Source of the DNA: an uncultured Chloroflexia bacterium
Lineage (GTDB): Bacteria > Chloroflexota > Limnocylindria > Limnocylindrales > CSP1-4
Assembly: GCA_963698595.1 (NCBI GenBank)
Contig: CAVORL010000002.1
Location: 80,555-144,554 of the forward strand
Direction: 5' to 3'
DNA length: 64,000 bases
Shown here piece after piece: positions 18,465 through 28,195 of the stretch (position 1 is the stretch's first letter; every line of letters begins with the position of its first letter). The position numbers and the translations under genes were made by a program. A model generated the notes under the pieces. It was not told the origin of the DNA and made no database searches. It was given only the letters and a program-made list of their open reading frames with translations.

Positions 18465-18482
18465 CGCGGGGCACGCCCCGCG
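18465..18482. terminator. Short GC hairpin between convergent genes
   Basis: CGCGGGG-cacg-CCCCGCG, a 7-bp stem, 9 nt after the 18456 stop and 48 nt from the 18530 stop. Confidence 0.3.
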
Positions 18483-18529
18483 GGTGGCGTGGCCGGACGG
18501 CCTCAATGCCGGGCCCCGACCCGCGCCCC

Positions 18530-19459
18530 TCAGGGCAGCAGCTGTCGCAGCGCGAACCCAACGTTCGCCGGCCGCTCCGCGAGCCGGCGCATGTACCACG
18601 GGTACCAGTGTCGGCCGTAGGCAATCAGCGTGAAGGCAGGGAAACCGGCCTGTTGGAGGCGCCGCAGCTCTCCAGCCCGGATCCCGTAGAGCATGTGCAC
18701 CTCGAGCTTCTCGCGAGGAACCTCGGCCGCCTCCGCGAACGAGGCGATCCGCTCGATCAACGTGCTGTCGTGCGTCCCCAGTCCCAGGCGCGCCCTCCCG
18801 TCGCGTGCCGCCTCGGCCAGCACGAGGGCCGCATCCTGGAAGGATCCGTCCACGTCCGTGCGCCGCCGCCACGCGACGTCGGCCGGCTCGTCGTAGGCTC
18901 CCTTCACGAGGCGGACGGCCGGCTCCAGCGGCAGGAGACGACGCAGGTCCGCCGGCGTCCGGCGCAGGTAGGCCTGGAGGCAGATCCCGATGTTCGGGTA
19001 CGAGCCCCTGAGACGCTCGTACAGCGCGAGCGTGCGGTCCACGTAGGCCGACGCCTCCATGTCGACCCAGAGCCACGACCCTGTCGCCTCGGCGCGGGCT
19101 GCCAGCCCCTCTCCCAGCCGGAGGCAGGCCTCGGCATCGATGTCGAGGCCGAGCTGGGTGGGCTTGATCGAGAGCTCGATCGGGCGGGAGAGGCGCGCTC
19201 CGCGCTCGAGGATCTCGTGGTACTCGGCCGCGACCTCGTTGGCTTCGGCGAGCGCCACGAGGTTCTCGCCGAGCCGCGTGACGAGAATCCCCTGCCCCGC
19301 CGCGGCGAGACTCGTCGCCGCGGCGAAGGCGGCGTCGACGTCCTCGCCGGGCATGAAGCGGCGGACCGCCTTGCGCACGAACCGCAGGCGCGGGAGGCGC
19401 TCCTTGAGCCAGGGATTGCGGGCCATCCAGAGCAGGATTCGTCGCACGAGTCGTCTCAC
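18530..19459 (-). CDS. Proline dehydrogenase (PRODH family)
   Basis: 309 aa with ..LSIKPTQLGLD..WVDMEASAYVDRTL..NIGICLQAYLRRT..VRLVKGAYDEP..LGLGTHDSTLI..EVHMLYGIR.., the PutA-type PRODH barrel signature. Confidence 0.85.
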   Translation of the reverse strand: MRRLVRRILLWMARNPWLKERLPRLRFVRKAVRRFMPGEDVDAAFAAATSLAAAGQGILVTRLGENLVALAEANEVAAEYHEILERGARLSRPIELSIKPTQLGLDIDAEACLRLGEGLAARAEATGSWLWVDMEASAYVDRTLALYERLRGSYPNIGICLQAYLRRTPADLRRLLPLEPAVRLVKGAYDEPADVAWRRRTDVDGSFQDAALVLAEAARDGRARLGLGTHDSTLIERIASFAEAAEVPREKLEVHMLYGIRAGELRRLQQAGFPAFTLIAYGRHWYPWYMRRLAERPANVGFALRQLLP

Positions 19460-19561
19460 CTTCGCGAATTGGGGCCGTCGGATCGTGCCATGCCGGGCCG
19501 GCGCGCGCTCTTCGTGCGCGCCGCAGTGGACGACGGACCGAGTCGCACGCGCCCCGCGCGG

Positions 19562-20197
19562 TCAGTCCCCCAGAGGCCTCCGCGGCCATTCGAGCGGACT
19601 GCGGCGGACGGCCGCGTACCGGAGGACCTCGGCGATCCGCCGGGCTCGGGTCTCGGGCCGCTTGGCCGAAGTCACCCAGAAGAGGATCTGCTTCCGCATC
19701 GAGGCGCCCAGGGCGTCGAAACCCGCGCCTGCGAGCGGGTGCCCGGCGAGCGCGGCGGCGAGGTCGGCGGGGACGATGAGCGCGTCGGCGTCGTCGAGAG
19801 CGAGCCACGAGCCGTCGGCTTTCGCGGCTTCGATCGGCAGGAGCCCTGATGGCGTCATGCGGCCTTCTGCCACGAGTCGCTCTACGCGTGCCTTGTTCGA
19901 CCGCGACCAGGAGCTGCCGACCTTGCGCGGCGTGAAACGGAGCATCGTCCGCTGTTCGTCGAGCCTGTCGGCACGGCTGTCGATCCACCCGAAGCAGAGC
20001 GCTTCCTCGACGAGCTCGTCGTACGTCACGGTCGTCCTGCCGGCAGAACGGCGGTACGTCACCGCCCGGACGCCGCGGGCGGTCGCGTGGTTGGCCGCAA
20101 GCCAGGCGCGCCACGCGGCACGGTCGACCGGCTGAAACTGCTCTTCCTCCGCGCGGGACACGGGTACGAGGCGGCCGGGTTCTTCATGACTGGACAT
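19562..20197 (-). CDS. YdeI/OmpD-associated family protein
   Basis: 211 codons from MSSHEEPG within track ORF 19562..20716. ..WRAWLAANHATARGV..EALCFGWIDS..RFTPRKVGSSWSRSNKARVERL..ILFWVTSAKRPETRARRI.. Confidence 0.75.
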   Translation of the reverse strand: MSSHEEPGRLVPVSRAEEEQFQPVDRAAWRAWLAANHATARGVRAVTYRRSAGRTTVTYDELVEEALCFGWIDSRADRLDEQRTMLRFTPRKVGSSWSRSNKARVERLVAEGRMTPSGLLPIEAAKADGSWLALDDADALIVPADLAAALAGHPLAGAGFDALGASMRKQILFWVTSAKRPETRARRIAEVLRYAAVRRSPLEWPRRPLGD

Positions 20198-20499
20198 CGG
20201 GACGACCTCGAGCTCGACGGTGCGTGCATTCTGGCGCGTCGGCCGGCATCCAGCCCGCTTGGTATCGGCGCCACGGGTGAGCCGCTGCCGGTCATCCCCG
20301 CCCGGCAACCGGAGCGGCAGGTGCTCGACGTGCTGGTCGGCGCTGGGGTCGTCCGCAGCCGGAGCGTCGGCCCGCCCCGCGCGGGCCCTCCGGCACTTGG
20401 CAGGGCCGGGCGAACCGCCCGACAATCGACCGTGCACGACCCGGCGGATGCTCGGCGTGATCACCCCGCAGGCCGGGTCGCGCCCGGGAGGTCGCGACC

Positions 20500-21819
20500 G
20501 TGGCGACTCCAACGCCCGGGCGGCGGAGTCTTGTCGTCCTCGTCGCTCTTGCGCTGCTGACATCGAGCTGCTCGGCGCCGGCCGGCCGAACGCCTGGCCA
20601 GGCCGGGGGGAGCCCACCGGGCGCGACGGGGACGCCGCTGCGGCCGGCAGCGCCCGGGAGCGCACCCCAGCCGATCGATGCCGGCCAGGCTGCGCTCGAC
20701 ACCCTCTCCAGCCCATTGTTCACCGCCCGCGTGACGATCCGCGGCACGGAGAGGATCCTGCCCGGCGGCCCGAGCGTCGTACCCGTCGTCTCGCGGGCCT
20801 CGCAGGGGTCGTCGCGACCGGCCGTCCGCGAGTACGCAGGCCAGGCCTATGTCTCGCGCGGCGACCACCTCGTCAGGATGCGCGTCGACGGCCGTCCGCC
20901 GACGGTGATCGCCGAACTGCGCCGTTCGGGGCGCCTGTGGCAGCGCACCGGGGACCAGCCCTGGCGCGAGGTGGCGCTGGGGGCCGACGACCCGGCCACC
21001 CGGCTCTTCGACATGATGGCAGGGATCACCGGTCTTGAGCCCGCGGGCAAGGCCGTCGATGGCTCCGTGCCGCTGCTCCGGTTCGTCGCTCGCGACGTCC
21101 TGCTCGACCCCCCGGCCCTCTGGCTCCCCGAGGCGGCCGCAGGGGGTCGACGGGGGTCGATCGAGATCCTGTCTCTCCAGGATGGCACGCCTGTCCGGCT
21201 CCGCGTCCGCGTCGCGACCACGGACATCGACGATCCGGCGTCTGTCCCGCCCAACCTGGCGGTCCAGCCGCGCTCCTACGCCTTCGACTACGAGCTGTCC
21301 GCCGTCGGCGAGCCGATCCAGCTGCCCGACATGCAGCCGTCCGGGACGACTCGCTCGTCGGGCAACGTGGGCATCTCGCTGAGGACGCCGGAGGGATGGG
21401 AGGTCGCCGAAGACGAGTCGTGGGAGCGCGGCGGGGGGGTGACGGAGATCAGGGGCCCGGGGCCCACGAACGGCGAGCTCGTGATCGTCCGGATCATGCG
21501 GGGATTGGAGCCGGACGGCTCGCCGGAGGACGCGGCCGAGCTCCTCGACGCGTTCGCCACCTGGGCCGTGAGCGACCTCGTGGCGGACGTCGGCATGACC
21601 CTCGTGTCCACCGAGCGGACGATCGTGGCGGGCCGGCCGGCGTACGTCGTGGCCCTCCTGCGGGAGCCTCCGGATCTCGCGGCCTACCTGCACCAGGAGG
21701 CGCTCTTCGTTCGCAGGCCGTGGCTCTACGCGGTCTCCTACCAGAGTCTCCCGGAGGGGGCGCTCGTGGCGCGCTTCGAGTTCGACCAGCTGCTGGCCTC
21801 CATCAGGCTGGAGGAGTGA
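20500..21819 (+). CDS. Hypothetical lipoprotein
   Basis: GTG start with GGAGG upstream. Lipobox VLVALALLTSSC after a basic n-region. 439 aa, non-repetitive. Confidence 0.7.
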   Translation: MATPTPGRRSLVVLVALALLTSSCSAPAGRTPGQAGGSPPGATGTPLRPAAPGSAPQPIDAGQAALDTLSSPLFTARVTIRGTERILPGGPSVVPVVSRASQGSSRPAVREYAGQAYVSRGDHLVRMRVDGRPPTVIAELRRSGRLWQRTGDQPWREVALGADDPATRLFDMMAGITGLEPAGKAVDGSVPLLRFVARDVLLDPPALWLPEAAAGGRRGSIEILSLQDGTPVRLRVRVATTDIDDPASVPPNLAVQPRSYAFDYELSAVGEPIQLPDMQPSGTTRSSGNVGISLRTPEGWEVAEDESWERGGGVTEIRGPGPTNGELVIVRIMRGLEPDGSPEDAAELLDAFATWAVSDLVADVGMTLVSTERTIVAGRPAYVVALLREPPDLAAYLHQEALFVRRPWLYAVSYQSLPEGALVARFEFDQLLASIRLEE

Positions 21820-21909
21820 CGGCGGCCTGACTCCGCGGCAGTCGCCCGCCTCCCGTGACGGACTGCGCCGGGGAGCCGGGTGGCCGGCCCGTCCGCCGGC
21901 GAGGCTGGA

Positions 21910-22359
21910 TCAGTTGCCGGTGGTCGTGACGTATCCGGCCGCGGCCCACTCGTTCATGCCGCCGGCCATCGACGTGACCGACGGGAACCCGGCGCCGAGA
22001 AGGATGTCGCGACCCTGGGCGCTCCGGTTGCCGGAGCGGCACACCACCACGACCTGGCGGTCCCGCGGCACCTCCGCCACCCGCGCCTGGAGCTCGCCGA
22101 GCGGGAGGAGGGTCGCGTCCGGGATGTGACCGGCCGCCCACTCGTCGGGCTCGCGGACGTCGAGGACGAAGGCGCCCGCATCACGCAGCCGACTCGCCTC
22201 GGCCACCGGGACCTCTGCCGGGAGTGCGGCAACGGATCCTGCCGGCACGCTGGCGGGGGCTGCGGTCGGGCTGTCCGCGGTCGGCGAGCAGGCCGCGAAG
22301 AGGGCTGCGGCGCCGATGACGAGGACGGCGAGGGAGCGGCGGGCGAACGGACGTGTCAT
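21910..22359 (-). CDS. Rhodanese-domain lipoprotein (sulfurtransferase)
   Basis: Lipobox AALFAAC and the rhodanese active-site loop VVVCRSGNRSAQ. Confidence 0.85.
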   Translation of the reverse strand: MTRPFARRSLAVLVIGAAALFAACSPTADSPTAAPASVPAGSVAALPAEVPVAEASRLRDAGAFVLDVREPDEWAAGHIPDATLLPLGELQARVAEVPRDRQVVVVCRSGNRSAQGRDILLGAGFPSVTSMAGGMNEWAAAGYVTTTGN

Positions 22360-22524
22360 CGAGGACTCCGGGTGCTGGGCCTGGGTTTCGCGCGCGGGCG
22401 GGACGGCTTCGATGGAGGAGGGACATTATCGCGCATTTGCGCAAGCGCGCAAGTGCTCTTCAGTCCTGCTGCCCCGAGCACGACGGTGCGCCGGCCGGTT
22501 GCCTGGGTCAGCGCCCGGTCTCGA

Positions 22525-24111
22525 TCACGCCCCGAGCGGGTCGAACGGCTCCGTGCGCTCCACGACTGCGTCGGCGCCCAGGCCGTCGTGGGTCGAGCCG
22601 GCGAGGGAAGCGCCGAGGACGGACTGCCATCCCTCGTCCGCGAGGCTCTCGAGCGTCGCCTCGGCTGCGGCGAGCTGCGCCTCGGCCTGGGCGGCCGCGG
22701 CAGCCCGCCCGAACACACCGTCCGGCGTCTCGGCGATCTCCGCGGCGAGCGCCGCGGCGGCGCGCGTCGCCTCCGCTGAGCGGATCGCGCCCTCCCGGTC
22801 GATGGCGCGGCGGAGAATGACCGCCGCCGGGCCGGCGACGGGAAGCGCGAGGGCGACCAGGTACGGCCACCGCGCACCGACAGGCCCGGGAAGGTCAGGT
22901 TCCTCGAACACCAATGGCAGGCCGGGCCACGCCAGGCGGCGCAATGCCACGGCGGTCAGCGCCTGGATCGCCGGCTCGCGCTCGTCGGCCAGCCACGGGA
23001 CAAGCGTTCCCACCGCCAGCTGCCCCGCCCCAAGCCCGTCGCCCCGGGCGAGCGCGACCGCCAGCGCCTGCATCGCGAACGCGCGTCCGGCCCGTGTGGC
23101 CGGGTCGGCCGGTATCCCCCGCGCCAGGTCCGGCGCAACGATGAGCGGGCCCGGTCCGACGAGGACGATGGCCCCCGAGCGCCGGAGAAGACGGTGGCCG
23201 AACACGTGGTCGGCGATGGCCCGGTCCGGGTCCACGCCGTCGGTGACGATCTCAGCGATCGGGTCGGCCTCGACGACGTCGACGCGCTCGAGCGCGGCGA
23301 CGAGGGCCTGCTCAGGTGATGCCAGCGCCGCCGCGGCGGTGCCCAGACGAACGTACCGACCGGCCTCGGCAGCGGCTTCGTCGATCCGCGCTCGAAGAAC
23401 GGCCAGGGCGCGCTGGCTACCCGCCGGGGCGGTTGCCGGGTCCTCGAGGTCGTCGTTCCGAGCGGCGCCGCGGGGATGCCAGTAGGCCGGCTCCAGCCCA
23501 CGATCGCTGAGGCGGAGTGCGAGCTCGCGCCCGGCGGGCACGCGGATCCGGACGAGGTCGGCTCCCGCGGCCACGAGCACCGCGGCGTCATCGGCCGCCC
23601 GTGCAAGGGTTGGACTGGCGAGCCAAAGCCCGAACCAGGGCCGCGGGGCGTCTCCGAGGACACCGAGCAGCTCCAGGCGTGCGGTCCGGTTGGCGTCGAT
23701 CCGGTCGAGCGCCAGCCCCGCCAGCCGGCGGGCCTCGGCCTCCGCCGCGGCGCGACGCTCGGGCTCCGTGAGCAGCTCGGCCTCGAAGGCGAGGTCAACC
23801 GCTCCGCTGGCGACATCGAGGGCTAGCTGCTGGGGCGCGAGGTCGTACTCGAGGAGCGCAACCGCAAACGGCAGGGCGACCCCGGCGGCGAGGCGCTCCG
23901 GCGACCCGCCGACGTGGCGCTCGACGACGGCCGACGCGAGCGGGACACCCGTCCGGTCCAACCCGTCGACCCCGAAGAGGCGGAGCAGAGCCCGTTCGCG
24001 AGCCGGAGTCGTGGACGCCCGGGCACGGGCCCCCCAGGCGCCGGCGAGGTCGTCGGCGCGTCGAAGCACGGCCTCCAGGCGAGCGGCGATGGCGCGCGAC
24101 GGCCCGCTCAT
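22525..24111 (-). CDS. Lysine 5,6-aminomutase alpha-subunit-like (KamD TIM-barrel family) protein
   Basis: 528 codons from MSGPSRAIAA within track ORF 22525..24330. ERALLRLFGVDGLDRTGVPLASAVVERHV, GADLVRIRVP and GRYVRLGTAA resemble, from memory, the KamD N-terminal and barrel segments. No B12-binding partner gene lies next to it. Confidence 0.55.
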   Translation of the reverse strand: MSGPSRAIAARLEAVLRRADDLAGAWGARARASTTPARERALLRLFGVDGLDRTGVPLASAVVERHVGGSPERLAAGVALPFAVALLEYDLAPQQLALDVASGAVDLAFEAELLTEPERRAAAEAEARRLAGLALDRIDANRTARLELLGVLGDAPRPWFGLWLASPTLARAADDAAVLVAAGADLVRIRVPAGRELALRLSDRGLEPAYWHPRGAARNDDLEDPATAPAGSQRALAVLRARIDEAAAEAGRYVRLGTAAAALASPEQALVAALERVDVVEADPIAEIVTDGVDPDRAIADHVFGHRLLRRSGAIVLVGPGPLIVAPDLARGIPADPATRAGRAFAMQALAVALARGDGLGAGQLAVGTLVPWLADEREPAIQALTAVALRRLAWPGLPLVFEEPDLPGPVGARWPYLVALALPVAGPAAVILRRAIDREGAIRSAEATRAAAALAAEIAETPDGVFGRAAAAAQAEAQLAAAEATLESLADEGWQSVLGASLAGSTHDGLGADAVVERTEPFDPLGA

Positions 24112-24184
24112 GCCCCCGGAGTATGCGCGAGCGGCCGGCAGCCGGAGAGGCGAACAGCGAGCTGCGGCGCGATCGTGGGATCGA

Positions 24185-24943
24185 TCACTCGGTCGGGTCC
24201 GTCCGGGCCACCTGGCCGATCCAGACGTGCCCGTCGGCGAAGCGCTCGGCCTTCCAGATCGGCGCCCGCGCCTTCGTCTCGTCCATCGCGAGCCGGGCCG
24301 CGTCGAAGGCAGCCTCGCGGTGCGGCGCACAGGCGACGATCACCACGGAAACGGCCCCCAGGGGCACCTCCCCGGTTGCGTGCACGATCGCCAGGCGCTG
24401 AACGTCGAAGCGGGCCGCGATCGCGTCCGCGATCTCGTTGAGGACCCGCAGGGCGAGTGGCTCGAACGCCTCGTACTCGAGCGCCAGGACGCGCCGGCCG
24501 GCGTGGCGCCGGGCCTCGTCCTCCTCGCCGGGCGCGGGCGTTCCGGCAGTCTCGCGGGTGCGGCCCTCGAAGATCACCACCGCGCCGTCGGCAGCGGTCG
24601 CGAGCCGGTCGGCGAGCTCCAGCCCCAGGCCCACCGGCAGCGGCGCCGGTGCCAGGCGGAGGACCCGCTCCGGCTGGGCGACGCGCCCCACCTCCCCTTC
24701 CCCGCCACTCACCGGCGGGATGCAGGCGACCTCGTCGCCGTTCGCCAGGGACGTCGCCGGGTCCGCGTACTCCCCGTTGCGAGCGAAGCGGACGTAGGGC
24801 CGCCCGTCGGCCAGGCCCGGATGCAGGCCGGCGAGCACCGTCCAGGCGTCCTCGATCGTGCCCCCGTCGGCGACCTCGATCTCGACCTGCCGCGCCCCCG
24901 CGATCTCCCGCTGGCGGGCGAACAGGCGGACCCGGATCCACAT
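24185..24943 (-). CDS. Fused molybdopterin synthase MoaD-MoaE (MoaX-like)
   Basis: 252 codons from MWIRVRLFARQREIAG (GGAGGGGAG upstream). The MoaD part ends in ..ACIPPVSGG (Gly80-Gly81). The MoaE part follows (..VVIFEGRTRE..LEYEAFEPLA..LAIVHATGEVPLG..VVIVACAPHREAAF..KARAPIWK). Confidence 0.85.
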   Translation of the reverse strand: MWIRVRLFARQREIAGARQVEIEVADGGTIEDAWTVLAGLHPGLADGRPYVRFARNGEYADPATSLANGDEVACIPPVSGGEGEVGRVAQPERVLRLAPAPLPVGLGLELADRLATAADGAVVIFEGRTRETAGTPAPGEEDEARRHAGRRVLALEYEAFEPLALRVLNEIADAIAARFDVQRLAIVHATGEVPLGAVSVVIVACAPHREAAFDAARLAMDETKARAPIWKAERFADGHVWIGQVARTDPTE

Positions 24944-25249
24944 CGACTCCCCTCCTCTAGACAGCGGGCCCGCGCCTGGACAGAGACCGGCCGCCGGCGA
25001 AGACCGTCCGGCTGATCCACGCGGGGTTGCGGGCGACCTGCGATGCGGGCACGCTCCCGAGTTTAAGCGTGTCCGGCCCGGCCGGCCGCACGGCCCTTGT
25101 CGGGGCCCGGCGGGCCGGAGTCCCAGGCGAACGACCGCACGCCCGCTGTCGTGGCGCCACGGCCGCACAATCCGGGGTCCCGGTCGGGCGCAGCGGCTGT
25201 TCCCGCGACCACCAGGCGCCGCTAGGATGGGCCACGGAGGTGCGACCCG

Positions 25250-25984
25250 ATGGCACTCGATCCCCTGACGACCATCACCTGGTATGGCCACGCCTGCGTG
25301 GAGGTCGTGAGCCCCGGCGGGAAGACGATCCTGTTCGACCCGTGGTTTGGCAACCCGTCGAGCCCGAAGCCGGCTCAGGAGGTGACCGCCTGCGACCTGC
25401 TGCTGGTCACCCATGGCCACGGCGACCATCTCGGCGATGCCGTCGCGCTGGCCAGCCGCCTGCGGCCGACCTGGCCGTGCATCCACGAGATGAGCCTGTG
25501 GCTGGCGCGACGACTCCCGGCCGGCGGGGACGCCGTGATCGGGATGAACAAGGGCGGGACCTTCAAATTCGGCGACATCACGGTCACGATGACCAGCGCC
25601 GACCACTCCGCGGGCGACTGGAACCCGGGCGGCGACACGACGCTCTACCTCGGCGAGCCGGCCGGATTCATCGTGCGCCTCGAGAGCGGCTACACGATCT
25701 ACCACGCCGGCGACACGAACGTCTTCGGCGACATGGCGCTGATCCGGGAGCTGCATCGGCCCGACCTCGCCTTCCTGCCGATCGGCGGTCACTACACGAT
25801 GGGCCCGCGCGAGGGGGCACTCGCCGTCGACCTGCTCGGCGTGAGCGACGTCGCGCCGATCCACTGGGGGACGTTCCCGATCCTGGCGGGGACGCCGGCG
25901 GCGCTGCGCGAGGAGCTCGACGCCCGCGGGCTGTCCGGGGTGAAGGTGCACGCGTGGAAGCCGGGGGAGACGTTGCCGGGGTAA
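25250..25984 (+). CDS. UPF0173-type metal-dependent hydrolase (metallo-beta-lactamase fold)
   Basis: ITWYGHACVEV..LLLVTHGHGDHLGD..YHAGDT..IGGHYTMG. GGAGGTG RBS. Confidence 0.85.
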   Translation: MALDPLTTITWYGHACVEVVSPGGKTILFDPWFGNPSSPKPAQEVTACDLLLVTHGHGDHLGDAVALASRLRPTWPCIHEMSLWLARRLPAGGDAVIGMNKGGTFKFGDITVTMTSADHSAGDWNPGGDTTLYLGEPAGFIVRLESGYTIYHAGDTNVFGDMALIRELHRPDLAFLPIGGHYTMGPREGALAVDLLGVSDVAPIHWGTFPILAGTPAALREELDARGLSGVKVHAWKPGETLPG

Positions 25985-26027
25985 GCGGCCGGGAGGCATC
26001 CGGGACCACCCCGCGACCGATCGTCCC

Positions 26028-28091
26028 ATGGCCCCCGTTCGCGGTCCGTGGCATGCTGCCGGCGTGACTCGCCGCGGCCGCGCCATGCTCGTCCACGTTG
26101 CCCTCGCCGGGGCGCTCTCCGTCGCGGTGGCCATCCCGGTGCCGGCGGCCGCCGCGGACCCCGGACTCCAGGTCTCGCCGTCACTGCAGGCGCTCCCGAC
26201 GAGTCTCCTCGTGACCGTCCGGCCGGGGGCGTCGCTCGGTCCCGTGGACGCCGCGGCGAGTGCGCGAGGGCTGGTCCGCGTCGCCTGGAACCCGACCCTG
26301 CGGACGGCGCAGTACGTTGCGACGACTGGACCGCTCGACGGTGCCGGTGCCGGTGCCGCGGGTGATGGCGACACCGCGTACGGGCCGATGCATCCCAGCA
26401 CGGTGCGCGTCGCCGACCTCCGCGGCGCGGGTCGCGTCGACGCCCGCCAGCGGTCCCGGCTCGCTCGCCTCGGTGCCGAGCTGCGGTCGAGTCCCGGCGT
26501 CGTCGCGGCAGCTCCGCCAGTCGAGCTCCATCTCCTCGAGGATCCGCTCCCGCCCGACCCGATCCCGATTCCCGTCCCGACCCCCGTGGCCCCGCCGAAC
26601 GACCCGTTGTGGCGCGACCAGTGGGGCCCGGATGCGATCGGGGCGCGCGGAGCGTGGGCGCTGACCCCGGGTCGCCCCGAGATCGTTGTCGCGGTGGTCG
26701 ACTCCGGCGTCGACCTGGGCCAACCGGACCTCGCCGGGCGGCTCATCCCGGGCACCGACACGGGCTCCGGAGACCGGGATCCGAGTGACGAGGACGGCCA
26801 CGGGACACACGTAGCCGGGATCGTCGCCGCCGGGACGGGCAACGGGCGGGGCATTGCCGGGACCGCGCCCGGCGTCGTCGTGATGCCGATCAAGGTGATG
26901 AATGACATCGGCAGCATCTGGGAGATGGCTGTCGCCGAGGGCATCGCATGGGCAGTGGCGCGCGGGGCGCGGGTCGTCAACATGAGCCTCGGCGGGTCGA
27001 ACTCCAGCGCAGCGATCAACGCCGCCATCGACAACGCCCGCGCCCGCGGCGTCGTGGTCGTGGCCGCCGCCGGCAACCACGACGCGCACCTGCCGGACCC
27101 CGGCGTCTCACAGCCTGGGGCGTACGGGCCCGTTCTCGCGGTCGGCGCCCTGGCCGACAACGGCGCCGGCCTGGGAGACCCCGGCGACCCCGCGCGCTAC
27201 ACGGTGGCGACCTTCAGCAACACCGGGCCGCAGGTCGATCTCGCGGCGCCCGGGACGTCGATCATGTCCACGCTGCCACGCTGGGCATCATCGCCGTACG
27301 GCTGGGGATCGGGGACGTCGATGGCAACCCCGTTCGTGTCCGCCGCGGCTGCCCTGGTCCTGTCCCGCGATCCCTCGCTGACGGCCGAACAGGTCGAGGC
27401 CACGTTGATCTCGACGGCCGTGGATCTCGGGCCGGCGGGCCCGGACCCGGCGACGGGCGCCGGGCTGGTGCGGGCGGATGCCGCGGTCGCGTCGATCGCC
27501 GGCCCTCCATCCGACGGGACCGCTCCGACGGTCATGCTCGTCGGCATCGCCGACGGCCGCGTGGTACGGGGGACCGTGACCGTGGCGGCCATGGCAGCCG
27601 ACGCGTCGCCGATCGTGGCGACGCGGGTCTACCGCGACGGCCGGTATGACCGGATTCGTCGCAGCGGCATGGTCGCCGTGAGCTGGCGGTCGACGAAGGT
27701 CGCCGACGGCCTCCACCGCTGGCGTGCGTACGCGACCGACGCCGGGCTCCAGGTCGGGTCGGCGAGTGCGCGCGTTCTCGTCGCGAACGATCGTCGCGTT
27801 GGGAGGGCGAGGTCTTCGCTCGTGATGACCACGAGATCCCGATCGATCAGGCAGTCGATCGGCCTCGCTCGTCGGACGCCGCTCGTCGTGCGTCTCAGGG
27901 CCCCGGCGGGGACGATGCTCCGCGTGCGCCTCGTGAGCTCGTCGGGCCGGGTGGTCGCCGAGGTGAGCGGATCGGGCACGCTGGTCATGGCCCGCACGAC
28001 TCTGCGCGCCGGCCGCTACACGGTCAGGGCACGCGCCACGGCGCCGGCCGGGGGCAGCGAGCTCCACCTCCGGACCGCCTGGCTGCGCTGA
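26028..28091 (+). CDS. Secreted S8 (subtilisin-family) serine peptidase, second copy
   Basis: VAVVDSGVD, DEDGHGTHVAGIVAAG and GTSMATPFVSAAAALV. Signal peptide RRGRAMLVHVALAGALSVAVAIPVPAAAA. Alternative starts lie at 26064 (GTG) and 26085 (ATG). Confidence 0.85.
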   Translation: MAPVRGPWHAAGVTRRGRAMLVHVALAGALSVAVAIPVPAAAADPGLQVSPSLQALPTSLLVTVRPGASLGPVDAAASARGLVRVAWNPTLRTAQYVATTGPLDGAGAGAAGDGDTAYGPMHPSTVRVADLRGAGRVDARQRSRLARLGAELRSSPGVVAAAPPVELHLLEDPLPPDPIPIPVPTPVAPPNDPLWRDQWGPDAIGARGAWALTPGRPEIVVAVVDSGVDLGQPDLAGRLIPGTDTGSGDRDPSDEDGHGTHVAGIVAAGTGNGRGIAGTAPGVVVMPIKVMNDIGSIWEMAVAEGIAWAVARGARVVNMSLGGSNSSAAINAAIDNARARGVVVVAAAGNHDAHLPDPGVSQPGAYGPVLAVGALADNGAGLGDPGDPARYTVATFSNTGPQVDLAAPGTSIMSTLPRWASSPYGWGSGTSMATPFVSAAAALVLSRDPSLTAEQVEATLISTAVDLGPAGPDPATGAGLVRADAAVASIAGPPSDGTAPTVMLVGIADGRVVRGTVTVAAMAADASPIVATRVYRDGRYDRIRRSGMVAVSWRSTKVADGLHRWRAYATDAGLQVGSASARVLVANDRRVGRARSSLVMTTRSRSIRQSIGLARRTPLVVRLRAPAGTMLRVRLVSSSGRVVAEVSGSGTLVMARTTLRAGRYTVRARATAPAGGSELHLRTAWLR

Positions 28092-28128
28092 CCTCCGCGT
28101 ATCAGCCCGGGCACGCCGGGCGCGGAGG
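28092..28128. terminator. Compound GC stem-loop immediately after the S8 stop, between convergent genes
   Basis: CCTCCGCG (28092-99) pairs with CGCGGAGG (28121-28). An inner CCCGG/CCGGG stem has a 5-nt loop. No U-tract. Confidence 0.4.
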
Positions 28129-28195
28129 GGGCGACGCTGAGTTGCTCCCCGCCTGGACCGGCGGCCGCGACATCGCCGTACGCCAGCCCGCCCTT

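Noticed and set aside
17445-20114. 889-aa minus-strand ORF
   Set aside because: It shows no domain signatures and has extreme Arg/Pro/Gly content. It overlaps recognisable proline dehydrogenase and YdeI genes in other frames.
24944-25249. Possible Moco riboswitch in the 5' region of the moaD-moaE gene
   Set aside because: I could not find the conserved Moco-motif core by eye. An Infernal scan with Rfam RF01055 would be needed, so I make no claim.
24944-27160. Upstream 739 codons of the 991-aa minus-strand ORF
   Set aside because: Only the last 252 codons (MoaD-MoaE) look real. The rest is antisense to the UPF0173 hydrolase and S8 protease genes and is compositionally junk.
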